Assembly: GCA_013360195.1 (NCBI GenBank)
Contig: JABWCQ010000001.1
Coordinates: 84,168-148,167 of the forward strand
Reading direction: 5' to 3'
Origin: a bacterium
GTDB taxonomy: Bacteria > Electryoneota > RPQS01
DNA length: 64,000 nt
A program made the position numbers and the translations under genes. Below are positions 1-9,026 of the stretch, piece by piece (the stretch's first letter is position 1; each line of letters starts with the position of its first letter). The notes beneath the pieces are model-generated. The model did no database searches, was not told the DNA's origin, and saw nothing but the letters and a program-made list of their open reading frames with translations.

Positions 1-753
1 AAGCATCGCGTTGCGTTCGAGTTAAATGTGCGGTCATTGGTGGAATGCGCGGATCTGATCACTTGTCCAAATGAAACAGTAGCGCTCCAATTTGAGAACA
101 CGAAGAGCTCGCCGAAGCTCTTGCCGACCGCACCTTTGCTTGAGCACTTTAATGGTAGGGCACGGACGTCATCTGATGGTGCATTCAGAATTGGCTATGC
201 CGGAAGCTCAACTCATAGCATTGATCTGGCTAACGCTATTCCGGCGCTTGAGCGCCTCTTGAATGAAAAAGAGAATGTGTGGTTTTATTGGTGGGGTGTG
301 CACCCCGGAAAGTTGGCGTACCATCCAAGAGTCCGTTGCGGAGGCAGGTGGATCAATGATTACACAATGCATCTGAAGAGAATTCGTTCTGTGCCTATAG
401 ACCTTTGGATTGCACCAATGAATGACACAATGCACAATAAAGCACGCAGTCCCATCAAAGCGTTTGAATACATTGGCATGGAGTCTCTCTCGCTATACTC
501 GGATGTGCTTCCGTTTCGAAGAGCAGTCGGAACTCGTGCGCCGGACCTTCTCATTGAGAACTCGATCAATACCTGGTACGATGCACTAGCAGACGTGTCA
601 AGTGGTTGTACTCATCGACTTATGAACCAGGTAAAGTGTGCCCGTGACCACCTTATTGAACTTTCACAAGATCTTTGTGCATACGAATCCATGTTAGACC
701 TGGTAAAGGATGATGCTGCAGCGCTTAGCCATTGCTACTTAGGTGTGGAATGA
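1..753 (+). CDS. Glycosyltransferase (GT4-like, GT-B fold), 5'-truncated by the window edge
   Basis: Frame is open from base 1. Motifs IGYAGSSTHSIDL and DLWIAPM..N.ARSPIKAFEY resemble flagellin-glycosylation GTs. Its stop overlaps the next ATG (ATGA). Confidence 0.7.
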   Translation, partial: KHRVAFELNVRSLVECADLITCPNETVALQFENTKSSPKLLPTAPLLEHFNGRARTSSDGAFRIGYAGSSTHSIDLANAIPALERLLNEKENVWFYWWGVHPGKLAYHPRVRCGGRWINDYTMHLKRIRSVPIDLWIAPMNDTMHNKARSPIKAFEYIGMESLSLYSDVLPFRRAVGTRAPDLLIENSINTWYDALADVSSGCTHRLMNQVKCARDHLIELSQDLCAYESMLDLVKDDAAALSHCYLGVE

Positions 754-1916
754 GTGAGTTTGTCGTTAAGCTCTCTTATAGCGGGCATGCAAACGCGGTG
801 CATAAACCGTCAGGTGTCAGTGTTCATAGCGCTGTTGATCCTTTGCGTGAGGCACATTGCGTTGCTGAGCTTCTGGCGCGCCAACATGGCTCCGTTTTAC
901 TGGTTGGTAATGGCCTCGGATACCTTGCTAATGAGCTCAAGAAAAGAGAGGCGCTTTCCGCATGCGTTGAAGTGTTTGGCACTCTGGCCACTCTATGCAA
1001 AGTCCACGGTGTCTTTCGCGATCAGTTGTTATGCGAGACGAGAGATTCGATGACAAGAGTATTTAGCACATTCCTACCGGGCTCGCGCTTGATAGTTATG
1101 CCTTATGTTCGGACTCTTGCTCCGTTCTTAGACACGGGATTGCGTGAATGCCTAAATACGGCGCACGTAAGGGCGGTGTCCCGGGAAGTATACGATCCAA
1201 TTGTCTCAAAGAACATCTCTGAAAACGAGCGCTTGATTACGAGTGTGAAGCAATTGGATTTCGCGGAGTTCTGCTCGCCGCGAATCCCGGTGGCAGTTGG
1301 CTCGAGTCCATCTCTGAGTGTTTCGATTGAATGCTTGAGGGAGTTCAGGAGTGAACTTACAATCGTAGCCGCATCCGGCGCGATTCCTGTATTGCGGCAG
1401 TTTGGTCTCAATGCGGATTTTATTGTTGCAATGGAAGCGCGAAGTACTGTTCTGGACGATCTTGAGTTTGCCAACGGAAGCGAATGGACTATTGTATTCC
1501 CATGGACACATCCTCAGGTACTGCGAAACTTGAAACTGCCCCTCTTAATGGTAAGTCAAGATCAAAACATCTTTACTCAAGGAGGCGCAAGCGGCCTGGC
1601 AGCTGCGGACATCGCATCTCGACTTGGTCCAGCGCCCATCTACTTGATCGGCATGGATATGAGCGATAGTTTCGGAGAGTATTCTAAAGGCGTTGCTCGA
1701 ACAAGCGCGAATTTCTCGCTGTCCGCACCAAAATTTGACTTCATGCGAAATTCGGCTCGCGCATGGGCGCAAAATTCCGGTAAACAATTCAAGCACGTTG
1801 TAATGCCGGGAACGGAACGTATTCATGGATTCGATCAAATATACCCGGTCGAACTACGCACCGCATTCGAGCGGGATATCTGTGAACGTGAACTACTCTC
1901 ACATTGCCATGATTAG
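750..1916 (+). CDS. Motility-associated factor (Maf / DUF115, MptE-like) flagellin glycosyltransferase
   Basis: N-terminal VHSAVDPLREA (cf. LHSxYDPxxEA), GSSPSL and IYLIGMD motifs. ATGA overlap at 750. Flagellin neighbourhood. Confidence 0.75.
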   Translation: MSEFVVKLSYSGHANAVHKPSGVSVHSAVDPLREAHCVAELLARQHGSVLLVGNGLGYLANELKKREALSACVEVFGTLATLCKVHGVFRDQLLCETRDSMTRVFSTFLPGSRLIVMPYVRTLAPFLDTGLRECLNTAHVRAVSREVYDPIVSKNISENERLITSVKQLDFAEFCSPRIPVAVGSSPSLSVSIECLREFRSELTIVAASGAIPVLRQFGLNADFIVAMEARSTVLDDLEFANGSEWTIVFPWTHPQVLRNLKLPLLMVSQDQNIFTQGGASGLAAADIASRLGPAPIYLIGMDMSDSFGEYSKGVARTSANFSLSAPKFDFMRNSARAWAQNSGKQFKHVVMPGTERIHGFDQIYPVELRTAFERDICERELLSHCHD

Positions 1917-3210
1917 CCTAAGCAATCAGCCTTTGAATCCTGCAACCACAAAGCTAAAGGTATTGCTGCCTACTCCCTTGTATGGCGGAAGCCTGCCTAT
2001 CGCATTGCACGTAGCGGACGCATTAACAGATCTTGGCCACGACTGCAGGGTCCTGAACTTCGAAGAACACTATTCTCTCTTCAGACAATTCGGTAGTTTG
2101 CTGGACGGAGACCGCGGCAATAGTCTTAAAGCTCGACTCGCGTCTATCCTTGGTGACTTCGCTGCGGAAGTGGCAATTTCGAACCGTGTGGATCTTGTAT
2201 GGTTCACTGCGCAATCACCTGTAACCGTGGACGGCCTGAGACGGCTGCGTTCGGCAGGTATTAAAACGGCATTTTGGTTTGTTGAGGATATCGCTCGTTT
2301 TGAGTATTGGCGCCACATTGTTCGCGAGTTTGACAATGTATTTACAATTCAAAGTGGCGCTTCGCATGAAGCCATTCTACGCGCCGGTGCAAAGAGCGTC
2401 GAGTATCTGCCGTGCGCGGCGAACCCGAAGGTTCATCGACCAATTGAGTTGCTTGACGAAGAATTGAGTCGGTTTGGCTCAATACTTTCGTTTGTTGGCG
2501 CCGGATACCCGAATAGACAGAGGCTCTTTGACTTTCTGCAGATGCCTGACTTGAAAATTTGGGGTAATGATTGGCCTGAGAGCTGGGTTAATCGCTTACA
2601 GGAGAGCGGACGTCGTGTTAGCACGGAGGAAACTGTGAAGATCTTTTGTGCTTCGTCCGTGAACTTGAATATACATAGTTCGATCGGTCAACAACTTCTT
2701 GAAAACGGTACTTTCGTAAATCCCCGAACGTTTGAAATTGCGTCGTGCGGCGCGTTTCAAATTGTCGATGAGCAGATGCCTTTGAAACTTCACTTTGCTC
2801 CGGATGAAATGACTAGTGTTCGCACCGTTCCCGAGCTGGTTGCGGCAATTGAATTGTGCTTGAAGGACCCGGAAATGCGGAAGATGATGTCCGCAGCAGC
2901 GCGTCGTCGCGTCCTTAAAGAGCACACGTATGCACACAGAATGCGAACTGCTATCTCCAAAATCTTCGGTCCAGGCCAAATCCCAAGGACACCGGCAATG
3001 AACACAATTGGTGACCTCAAAACTGTGGTTTTTGACGATGAGGAGTTCTTGCAGTTCCTGTCTCAGTTCGACGACAATGAGACCGCATCACTTGCCAAGT
3101 TGATGGCAAAAGTGCCGGGACGCAACCACAAGCTTAGTCGCGTTGAGCTGATGATCATGCTCATGAACGAATTCCGGCATTGGGGAGTGGAAAAGGGTGT
3201 CATTCAATGA
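1909..3210 (+). CDS. CgeB-family glycosyltransferase (DUF3880 + Glyco_trans_1_2)
   Basis: FWFVED, LSFVGAGYPNR, VNPRTFEIASCGAFQ and EHTYAHR motifs. Start placed at ATG 1909, overlapping the upstream stop. Confidence 0.8.
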   Translation: MISLSNQPLNPATTKLKVLLPTPLYGGSLPIALHVADALTDLGHDCRVLNFEEHYSLFRQFGSLLDGDRGNSLKARLASILGDFAAEVAISNRVDLVWFTAQSPVTVDGLRRLRSAGIKTAFWFVEDIARFEYWRHIVREFDNVFTIQSGASHEAILRAGAKSVEYLPCAANPKVHRPIELLDEELSRFGSILSFVGAGYPNRQRLFDFLQMPDLKIWGNDWPESWVNRLQESGRRVSTEETVKIFCASSVNLNIHSSIGQQLLENGTFVNPRTFEIASCGAFQIVDEQMPLKLHFAPDEMTSVRTVPELVAAIELCLKDPEMRKMMSAAARRRVLKEHTYAHRMRTAISKIFGPGQIPRTPAMNTIGDLKTVVFDDEEFLQFLSQFDDNETASLAKLMAKVPGRNHKLSRVELMIMLMNEFRHWGVEKGVIQ

Positions 3211-4766
3211 GTAGCCGCGCGCTCGTGATCGGAATTACCCGCTTGGGAGATCTGATTCAGTCTGAGCCGTTGATTCGCGCACTTAGAAGTCACGCGGGGT
3301 TCAATAGTGTTGATCTCCTGATTGAACGGAGCTTTGTTGAAATCGCATCTGAACTGTCATCCGTTGATGATATTGTCTGTATCGACTTTGAGGATACATT
3401 AAGGCCGCTAAGTGTTCGCTCTGATCGACTTCCCTTGGAGGCATTCGCGAGGATTGTCAAGAGAATGGATACCGCGCAATATGACAGGGTGTTTAATTTA
3501 ACGCATTCACGACCGTCCATGGTACTTGCAGCGCTCGCATCTCGCGGGTCTGAGGGGGTGACACTGGATGAAAGCGGCTATCAAGTGGTTCGGAATTCAT
3601 GGTTACGGTACTTTTTTGCGACAAATCTTGCAAGGCCGTGGTGCGCTTTTAATCTAGTTGACATATATGTAAACGCCGTCGCACCACGCATGCCCTTTAT
3701 TGATCGGATCCCTCGGTTGAGGAAGCCGTTGGACAGGGAAATCGATAGTCGGAGTTACACGAATACACCGCATGTCCTTCTTCATTTGACGGCCTCGCAA
3801 TCGGACAAGCAATGGCCGCAGCCTATGTTTGATGCGCTCACATCAATGCTGATTGATCGTGGTGCTGAGGTCACGTTGGTGGGAAACGCAAGCAAGGATA
3901 ATGATCATCGCGGGCTTACCAATCGACGCGTCAATAACTTGATTGGCAAGACGTCCATACGTGATTTGATCGAGCTGTGTGATTCTGCAGACCTTATGGT
4001 TACGGCGGACTCGGGACCAGCACATGTTGCGGCATGCCGGCGATTGCCGGTGGTCGCAATAGAAGGAGGTTCCGCCCATGCATTTGAGACGGCTCCGTAT
4101 GGCATCGCCAATTTAGTTATAGAACCGCATTTGGAGAATGTCGTTCATAGAATTCCGGACAAACGCTCGACTTCGGCCCCGGCGTCGCGAGTATCTGTGC
4201 TAACAGTCCTGTCTGCTGCAGAAAGGTTACTCTGCCAAGGGGAGTCTATTGTCGGTTCTGAAGGGTGTACAGTTTACGAGACTGCAAGTGGCACATACGT
4301 GCCGGGTGTGGAGCTTCGGCCGATCAACGGTTCACATTTCGAGTACGAGAAATGGCAGTCTGACTTGCGAAAGTTCTGGTACAACGCGCTGACTGGGGAT
4401 CCAGACGGCAAAACGCCGCCGTCCGGACGGTTCTCAAAACTCTTCGATCGTGCGGTGGATGCCTGTAAGCAGATAGAAAAGGTCGGCTCAGATTCGCCGT
4501 TGCTGACTGCGGCATCGAGAAATCTGACAAAAGCGGAGCAGGAATTGGATGGGGAGTTGCTGAAGCATCCGCCGCTGCATCACGTTGTTGCTTATCTGAA
4601 GATTGCAAGGTCAAGTCTTAGCGGCACAAATGTGAGTGGGCAGGCGCAAGAGCTAAGGCATTTGTACCAATCGCTATCGATGGCAGGCAAATGTCTTGAG
4701 GAACTCCCCGAAGCCCGCACGATAAACGTAACGCGTCATAACAATCCTATGGAGGCAACAGCATGA
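3207..4766 (+). CDS. GT9 (heptosyltransferase-like) glycosyltransferase with C-terminal extension
   Basis: TRLGDLIQ, NLIGKTSI and TADSGPAHVAA motifs. ATGA overlap. Confidence 0.85.
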   Translation: MSSRALVIGITRLGDLIQSEPLIRALRSHAGFNSVDLLIERSFVEIASELSSVDDIVCIDFEDTLRPLSVRSDRLPLEAFARIVKRMDTAQYDRVFNLTHSRPSMVLAALASRGSEGVTLDESGYQVVRNSWLRYFFATNLARPWCAFNLVDIYVNAVAPRMPFIDRIPRLRKPLDREIDSRSYTNTPHVLLHLTASQSDKQWPQPMFDALTSMLIDRGAEVTLVGNASKDNDHRGLTNRRVNNLIGKTSIRDLIELCDSADLMVTADSGPAHVAACRRLPVVAIEGGSAHAFETAPYGIANLVIEPHLENVVHRIPDKRSTSAPASRVSVLTVLSAAERLLCQGESIVGSEGCTVYETASGTYVPGVELRPINGSHFEYEKWQSDLRKFWYNALTGDPDGKTPPSGRFSKLFDRAVDACKQIEKVGSDSPLLTAASRNLTKAEQELDGELLKHPPLHHVVAYLKIARSSLSGTNVSGQAQELRHLYQSLSMAGKCLEELPEARTINVTRHNNPMEATA

Positions 4767-5365
4767 AGATCTATATTAATGGTCTTGAATTGGAAAAGCA
4801 GGCAACGGGCGAAATGGAAGTTGGGCAGGTCTTGAGCGAAATACAATCTGAGATTCATGCCGACAGAAAGGTGCTGCTTCAAGCATCCATGGACGGTGTG
4901 CTGATCGAGCATAGTTTTCGCCGGCGCCGGCAGCTTTCAACCCCAGTGACCCGAGTTGAAAAACTCGAGTTGATTGTGCAAAATCCGGATGATGTTGCTT
5001 CACAAATGTTAAAGGATTCTGTGCTGATTTATCAGCAGTTGCTGCAGGAAGTTCCGATGATTGCCACTCGGTTCAGAATGGGCGATGAATACAATGCGAA
5101 TCAGCAGCTTGCAGAAGCTGTCGATAAGCTTACTCTGTCGCTTAGGGGATCTTCGCTTGCTTTGGGTAAGCGAGCAGAGACCGATGGACTGCACGGCAGA
5201 TTCAATACGGCTGGCTCTGAGTTGATGCCGGTCATTGACAAGATACTTGCAGCCCAGGCATCTGGCGACTATACGTCCCTCGCGGATCAGCTTGAGTACC
5301 GACTACCGGTTGCACTTGAGAAATGCTTCAATGTCCTGGTTGAGAGTGAGTCAAAACTAGCCTGA
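4763..5365 (+). CDS. Hypothetical helical protein of flagellin glycosylation loci
   Basis: Translationally coupled to the upstream gene, with a GGAGG RBS. The C-terminal DYTSLADQLEY resembles a motif of Maf-associated small proteins. Confidence 0.6.
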   Translation: MKIYINGLELEKQATGEMEVGQVLSEIQSEIHADRKVLLQASMDGVLIEHSFRRRRQLSTPVTRVEKLELIVQNPDDVASQMLKDSVLIYQQLLQEVPMIATRFRMGDEYNANQQLAEAVDKLTLSLRGSSLALGKRAETDGLHGRFNTAGSELMPVIDKILAAQASGDYTSLADQLEYRLPVALEKCFNVLVESESKLA

Positions 5366-5395
5366 AATCGCCAATAATGTATCGATTTCCGAAAT

Positions 5396-5423
5396 TAAAG
5401 TTCTGCGGGCAGTATTCCGATAA
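5396..5423 (+). promoter_or_regulatory. Sigma28 (FliA) promoter for merR-flagellin 1 operon
   Basis: TAAAGTTC-N12-TCCGATAA versus consensus TAAAGTTT-N11-GCCGATAA. Confidence 0.7.
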
Positions 5424-5462
5424 CCAGAGTGTAAGGAATCTGAATTATCTGGAGTACTTGAT

Positions 5463-5837
5463 ATGAAGCACGAAGAAATCCTGACTGTACCGCGCGCACG
5501 GTCGTCCAAAGCGCCGAAACTCTATTCCATTGGGCAAGTCCATGCCATTACCGGGATCCCGAAGCCAACGATTCGGTATTGGGAAAAAGAGTTCGAAAGC
5601 TACTTGGAGCCGTTGCGCACCACCGGAAATCAGCGCCGATATGACGACAAATCAATCGCGGATCTGGAGAAGATCAATTACCTCGTCAAAGTTCAAGGAT
5701 ACACCCTGGACGGCGCTAAACGAAAGCTCGAGTTACTGCGAAAAGTTGACACCGAGCGCCAGCACAGCAATGATCCCATGGCTGAACTTGCCCGCGCGAT
5801 GTCCGATTATCTACTGAAAAAACTTTCCCGCGATTAG
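5463..5837 (+). CDS. MerR-family HTH regulator
   Basis: YSIGQV...TIRYWEKEF..L.P.RTTGNQRRY. GGAG RBS. Confidence 0.9.
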   Translation: MKHEEILTVPRARSSKAPKLYSIGQVHAITGIPKPTIRYWEKEFESYLEPLRTTGNQRRYDDKSIADLEKINYLVKVQGYTLDGAKRKLELLRKVDTERQHSNDPMAELARAMSDYLLKKLSRD

Positions 5838-5866
5838 CGGGTGAAACCTAATATCACGGGAGAACT

Positions 5867-6766
5867 ATGAGTACACGTATCAATCACAATTTGCTGTCCC
5901 TTGGTGCCCAGCGCGCCGTCTGGACAGCCCAGCACGACTTGGACTCGGCAGTCCAACGATTGTCAAGTGGCCTGAGAATCAACTACGCCTGGGATGACCC
6001 GACTGGATTGGGAATCAGCGAACGCCTGCGGTCCTCTATTTCAGGAATGGTTGAGGCTGAGAAAAATGCCAATTACAATATCAACATGATGCAGACGGCC
6101 GAAGGCGCATTGGCTGTCATTGACGAAAAACTGATTCGCATGCGGGCTATTGCCATTCAGGCTGCAAACGGAGTTCTGACCACACTTGACCGGCAAGTAG
6201 CCAATGTCGAGTTCCAGCAGCTGAAGAGCGAAATGGACAGGATCGCGAGAACCGCGAATTACAACGGTTACCGACTGCTGGATGGTTCTCGACAGGCCTC
6301 ATCGATCAGCACGGATCCGACCCTGGCACTCGGTTTGAATGCTGTCACAACTGCTGGTGAAGCAAGCTCAATCAAGTTCCATATTGGCGAGAACAATACG
6401 GTCGGACAGGACTACTACTACATTAATATCGCCGGAATGACCGCCGACGATCTTGGAGTTGCCGGACTTGACGTGTCGAATACTGCCTCCGCACAAAGTG
6501 CAATTGAGACATTGATTGAGGCGATTAACTCTAAAGACACGACCCGTACATTCCTCGGTTCGATGGTTACGCGGTTGCAGAATACCATTCTGAATTTGAA
6601 AATTCAGCGCGAGAACGCAACAGCTTCCGAGTCCCAGATTCGTGACGCGGACTTCGCTGAAGAGATGTCCAATTTCACTCGGGCGCAAATCTTGATGCAG
6701 ACTGGTGTCTCGATGCTTGGACAGGCAAACCAAATCCCAAATATAGTCGCCCAGTTGGTTGGATAG
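5867..6766 (+). CDS. fliC: Flagellin 1 (299 aa)
   Basis: RINHN, RLSSGLRIN, QTAEGAL and ESQIRDADFAEEM...QIL.Q conserved D0/D1 motifs. Confidence 0.97.
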   Translation: MSTRINHNLLSLGAQRAVWTAQHDLDSAVQRLSSGLRINYAWDDPTGLGISERLRSSISGMVEAEKNANYNINMMQTAEGALAVIDEKLIRMRAIAIQAANGVLTTLDRQVANVEFQQLKSEMDRIARTANYNGYRLLDGSRQASSISTDPTLALGLNAVTTAGEASSIKFHIGENNTVGQDYYYINIAGMTADDLGVAGLDVSNTASAQSAIETLIEAINSKDTTRTFLGSMVTRLQNTILNLKIQRENATASESQIRDADFAEEMSNFTRAQILMQTGVSMLGQANQIPNIVAQLVG

Positions 6767-6770
6767 AGGA

Positions 6771-7136
6771 ATGATGGAAAATCTGACTGAGGCAAGCGCC
6801 GAAGTTGCAAAGAGCACGGAGGATCTGTCGCGCGAGTTGCGGCAGATCTCCGACGCTCTATGGAATGCGGCGGATTTACGTAACATGACTGAACTCGAGA
6901 GACTGTTGGATCGCCGCCAAATCGTCTTGGAAGGCCTGTCTCAACGTGATGGTCTGAGCGACAAAGTGAAGCGTGAGCTGCTCGCACTCCAAGCCTCTGA
7001 CAAGTATTTGCAGCGGCAACTCGATGCTGAACTCTTGTCAATTGGCAAGAGACTAACGGCGGTACGCTGCCGAAAGCGGGCAATTTCGGGCTACAAAAGA
7101 GGCGGAACGACCAACTATTTGCACAGAACCGGCTAA
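6771..7136 (+). CDS. FliT/FlgN-like flagellar chaperone
   Basis: Helical protein of about 120 aa with LERLLDRRQ and KRAISGY patterns, located directly after flagellin. Confidence 0.55.
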   Translation: MMENLTEASAEVAKSTEDLSRELRQISDALWNAADLRNMTELERLLDRRQIVLEGLSQRDGLSDKVKRELLALQASDKYLQRQLDAELLSIGKRLTAVRCRKRAISGYKRGGTTNYLHRTG

Positions 7137-7138
7137 AA

Positions 7139-8887
7139 ATGTGTGGCTCCATTGCAATCGTAAGAAGCCCCTTCGAGACAGAGGCTGTTGCAAAGTCCGC
7201 CCTGGACAGGCTCGCCTCGCGTGGTCCGGATGGTAGCGGATTAATCTTTAGCGGCAGCGGTGCAATTGGTCACTGCAGACTTGCCTTGCGCGACCACAAC
7301 GGCGGAGCGCAGCCTGTCACTTTGTCTGACGGAAGAAAACTGGCATTCGTCGGCGAGCTCTATAATGATGGGAAACTTCGACGTTTGCTTGAGTTGCAAG
7401 GTGCCCGGTTCAGTTCAGCGAGCGACACTGAGACACTGGCCGCCGCAATTGAGCGCTGGGGCGGTGAGACCTGGAGCAAGCTTGATGGCATGTTTGCGAT
7501 GATGCTGCTGTCGGCTCACGGCGACAGCGTGCACTTGATTAGTGACAAGTACGGCGTCAAGCCTATATTTTACTCTCAAACCGTTTCGACTTCCGCAGCC
7601 GCAAGTCAACCGTCGTCGCTCCTTTCATGTGGTGCCGTTCAAAAAGCGCATGCTGTCGCCCTGCTTCACTATCTGAGAACATCGCAAGTGTGTTTGAACA
7701 CTCAAACGGTTCTAAGCGATGTCAAACTCATGTCCCCCGGTTCTGTCGTGACTCTCTTTGGTGAGTCTGCAAATCAGGTGCGATGGAGCGCTTCTCCGTT
7801 TCAATCGGAATCGCTTGGCCCATGTGACCAGTCTGCAAGTAAACTCCGCTACCTGCTTTCGGAGGCGGTTTACAGACAGAGCTCTGCCGATTCGCCTGTA
7901 GGTGTGTTTCTCTCAGGAGGACTCGACAGCTCAATTCTTGCGGCACTTCTCCAAATGGTAAGACCTGCGCCGCTCAAAACTTTCGCCGTCGCTCTTGCCG
8001 GTGATACGGATGATTTAGACTATTCTAAGCTTGTCTCTGAGCGCATTAAGTCTGAGCACGTTGAACTCGTCGTCTCACCCGAGGAGTTCTTTAAGTCAAT
8101 GCGGGAATTGATTGCAGAGAGAGCGCTTCCTTTGTCTCTTCCCAACGAAGTCCTCATCTATGAACTGTCAAAGCGCGCACGAGACTCTGTAAAGGCGATT
8201 CTCTCCGGTGAAGGAGCTGACGAACTCTTTGGTGGCTACCATCGGCTCTTGGCACGTGTCCGTTCTGACGGCGATTGGCCGCTTTTTATCCAACGTTACC
8301 GAAATGTCAGTTCCTGGTTTTCGCTTGCAGACCTGGAGGAATCACTGTCTGACCCGGCTCCTTTGCTGGCCGCTGTTCAAACGGATGCAGATTATCTTGG
8401 GGAACTTCTAAGAGATGCTCGACCCGACAGTTTCCTGAGGACCTTGCTCTTCCGGGATCACTTCCGGCATTTGCTCCTTCGTTTGGATGGGTCGGCTATG
8501 GCTGGTTCAATTGAAGGCCGGGTTCCCTTTACGGATCCTGATGTCGTGCATTTTGCAATCGGATTGCCTGAGGCAGCGCTCATGCCGGCGTTCGGGTTGG
8601 AGAAGCCGCTACTAAGAAAAGCCGCCGACGGCTTACTTCCCGCGACCATCTTGAGACGTCCAAAACGGGCCTTCAACGCCTCTCTGAGTATTCTTTTTAC
8701 ATCAAATGTGGGTCAGAGAGAATTAAATTCGGCTCTTCAACAGCCGCTTATCTGTAAACTCTTTCGTAAAGAAAAGCTTGAGCAGATTCTGAATGAGGAT
8801 TTTGAAAGTCAAGTCTTTCACAGAACTTGGCTGATTTGTTCTTTGGGATTGTGGAATGAACTCTGCGGGGTCAGTGAGATTTGCTGA
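7139..8887 (+). CDS. asnB: Asparagine synthetase B-like amidotransferase
   Basis: N-terminal MCG, plus SDTE, GMFA, LSGGLDSS, SGEGADELFGGY and EGRVPF. Confidence 0.85.
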   Translation: MCGSIAIVRSPFETEAVAKSALDRLASRGPDGSGLIFSGSGAIGHCRLALRDHNGGAQPVTLSDGRKLAFVGELYNDGKLRRLLELQGARFSSASDTETLAAAIERWGGETWSKLDGMFAMMLLSAHGDSVHLISDKYGVKPIFYSQTVSTSAAASQPSSLLSCGAVQKAHAVALLHYLRTSQVCLNTQTVLSDVKLMSPGSVVTLFGESANQVRWSASPFQSESLGPCDQSASKLRYLLSEAVYRQSSADSPVGVFLSGGLDSSILAALLQMVRPAPLKTFAVALAGDTDDLDYSKLVSERIKSEHVELVVSPEEFFKSMRELIAERALPLSLPNEVLIYELSKRARDSVKAILSGEGADELFGGYHRLLARVRSDGDWPLFIQRYRNVSSWFSLADLEESLSDPAPLLAAVQTDADYLGELLRDARPDSFLRTLLFRDHFRHLLLRLDGSAMAGSIEGRVPFTDPDVVHFAIGLPEAALMPAFGLEKPLLRKAADGLLPATILRRPKRAFNASLSILFTSNVGQRELNSALQQPLICKLFRKEKLEQILNEDFESQVFHRTWLICSLGLWNELCGVSEIC

Positions 8888-8912
8888 CCCTAACCTCTTA
8901 ATCAAGGGGAAT

Positions 8913-8939
8913 TTAAGTTCGGAAAGGGGTCGCCGATAA
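8913..8939 (+). promoter_or_regulatory. Sigma28 promoter for flagellin 2-fliD-fliS
   Basis: TTAAGTTC-N11-GCCGATAA, close to consensus. Confidence 0.85.
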
Positions 8940-9026
8940 TTCAGATGAACCGCGCCATTTGGGTGCGAAAAATTCATTTGAGCTTAAAGGTCACTTTCCA
9001 GAAAAGCTCCCTCGGAGGAGGAACGC

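Noticed and set aside
7139..8887. Lasso peptide cyclase interpretation of asnB
   Set aside because: No precursor, B1/RRE or B2 peptidase nearby, and the N-terminal Cys is retained.
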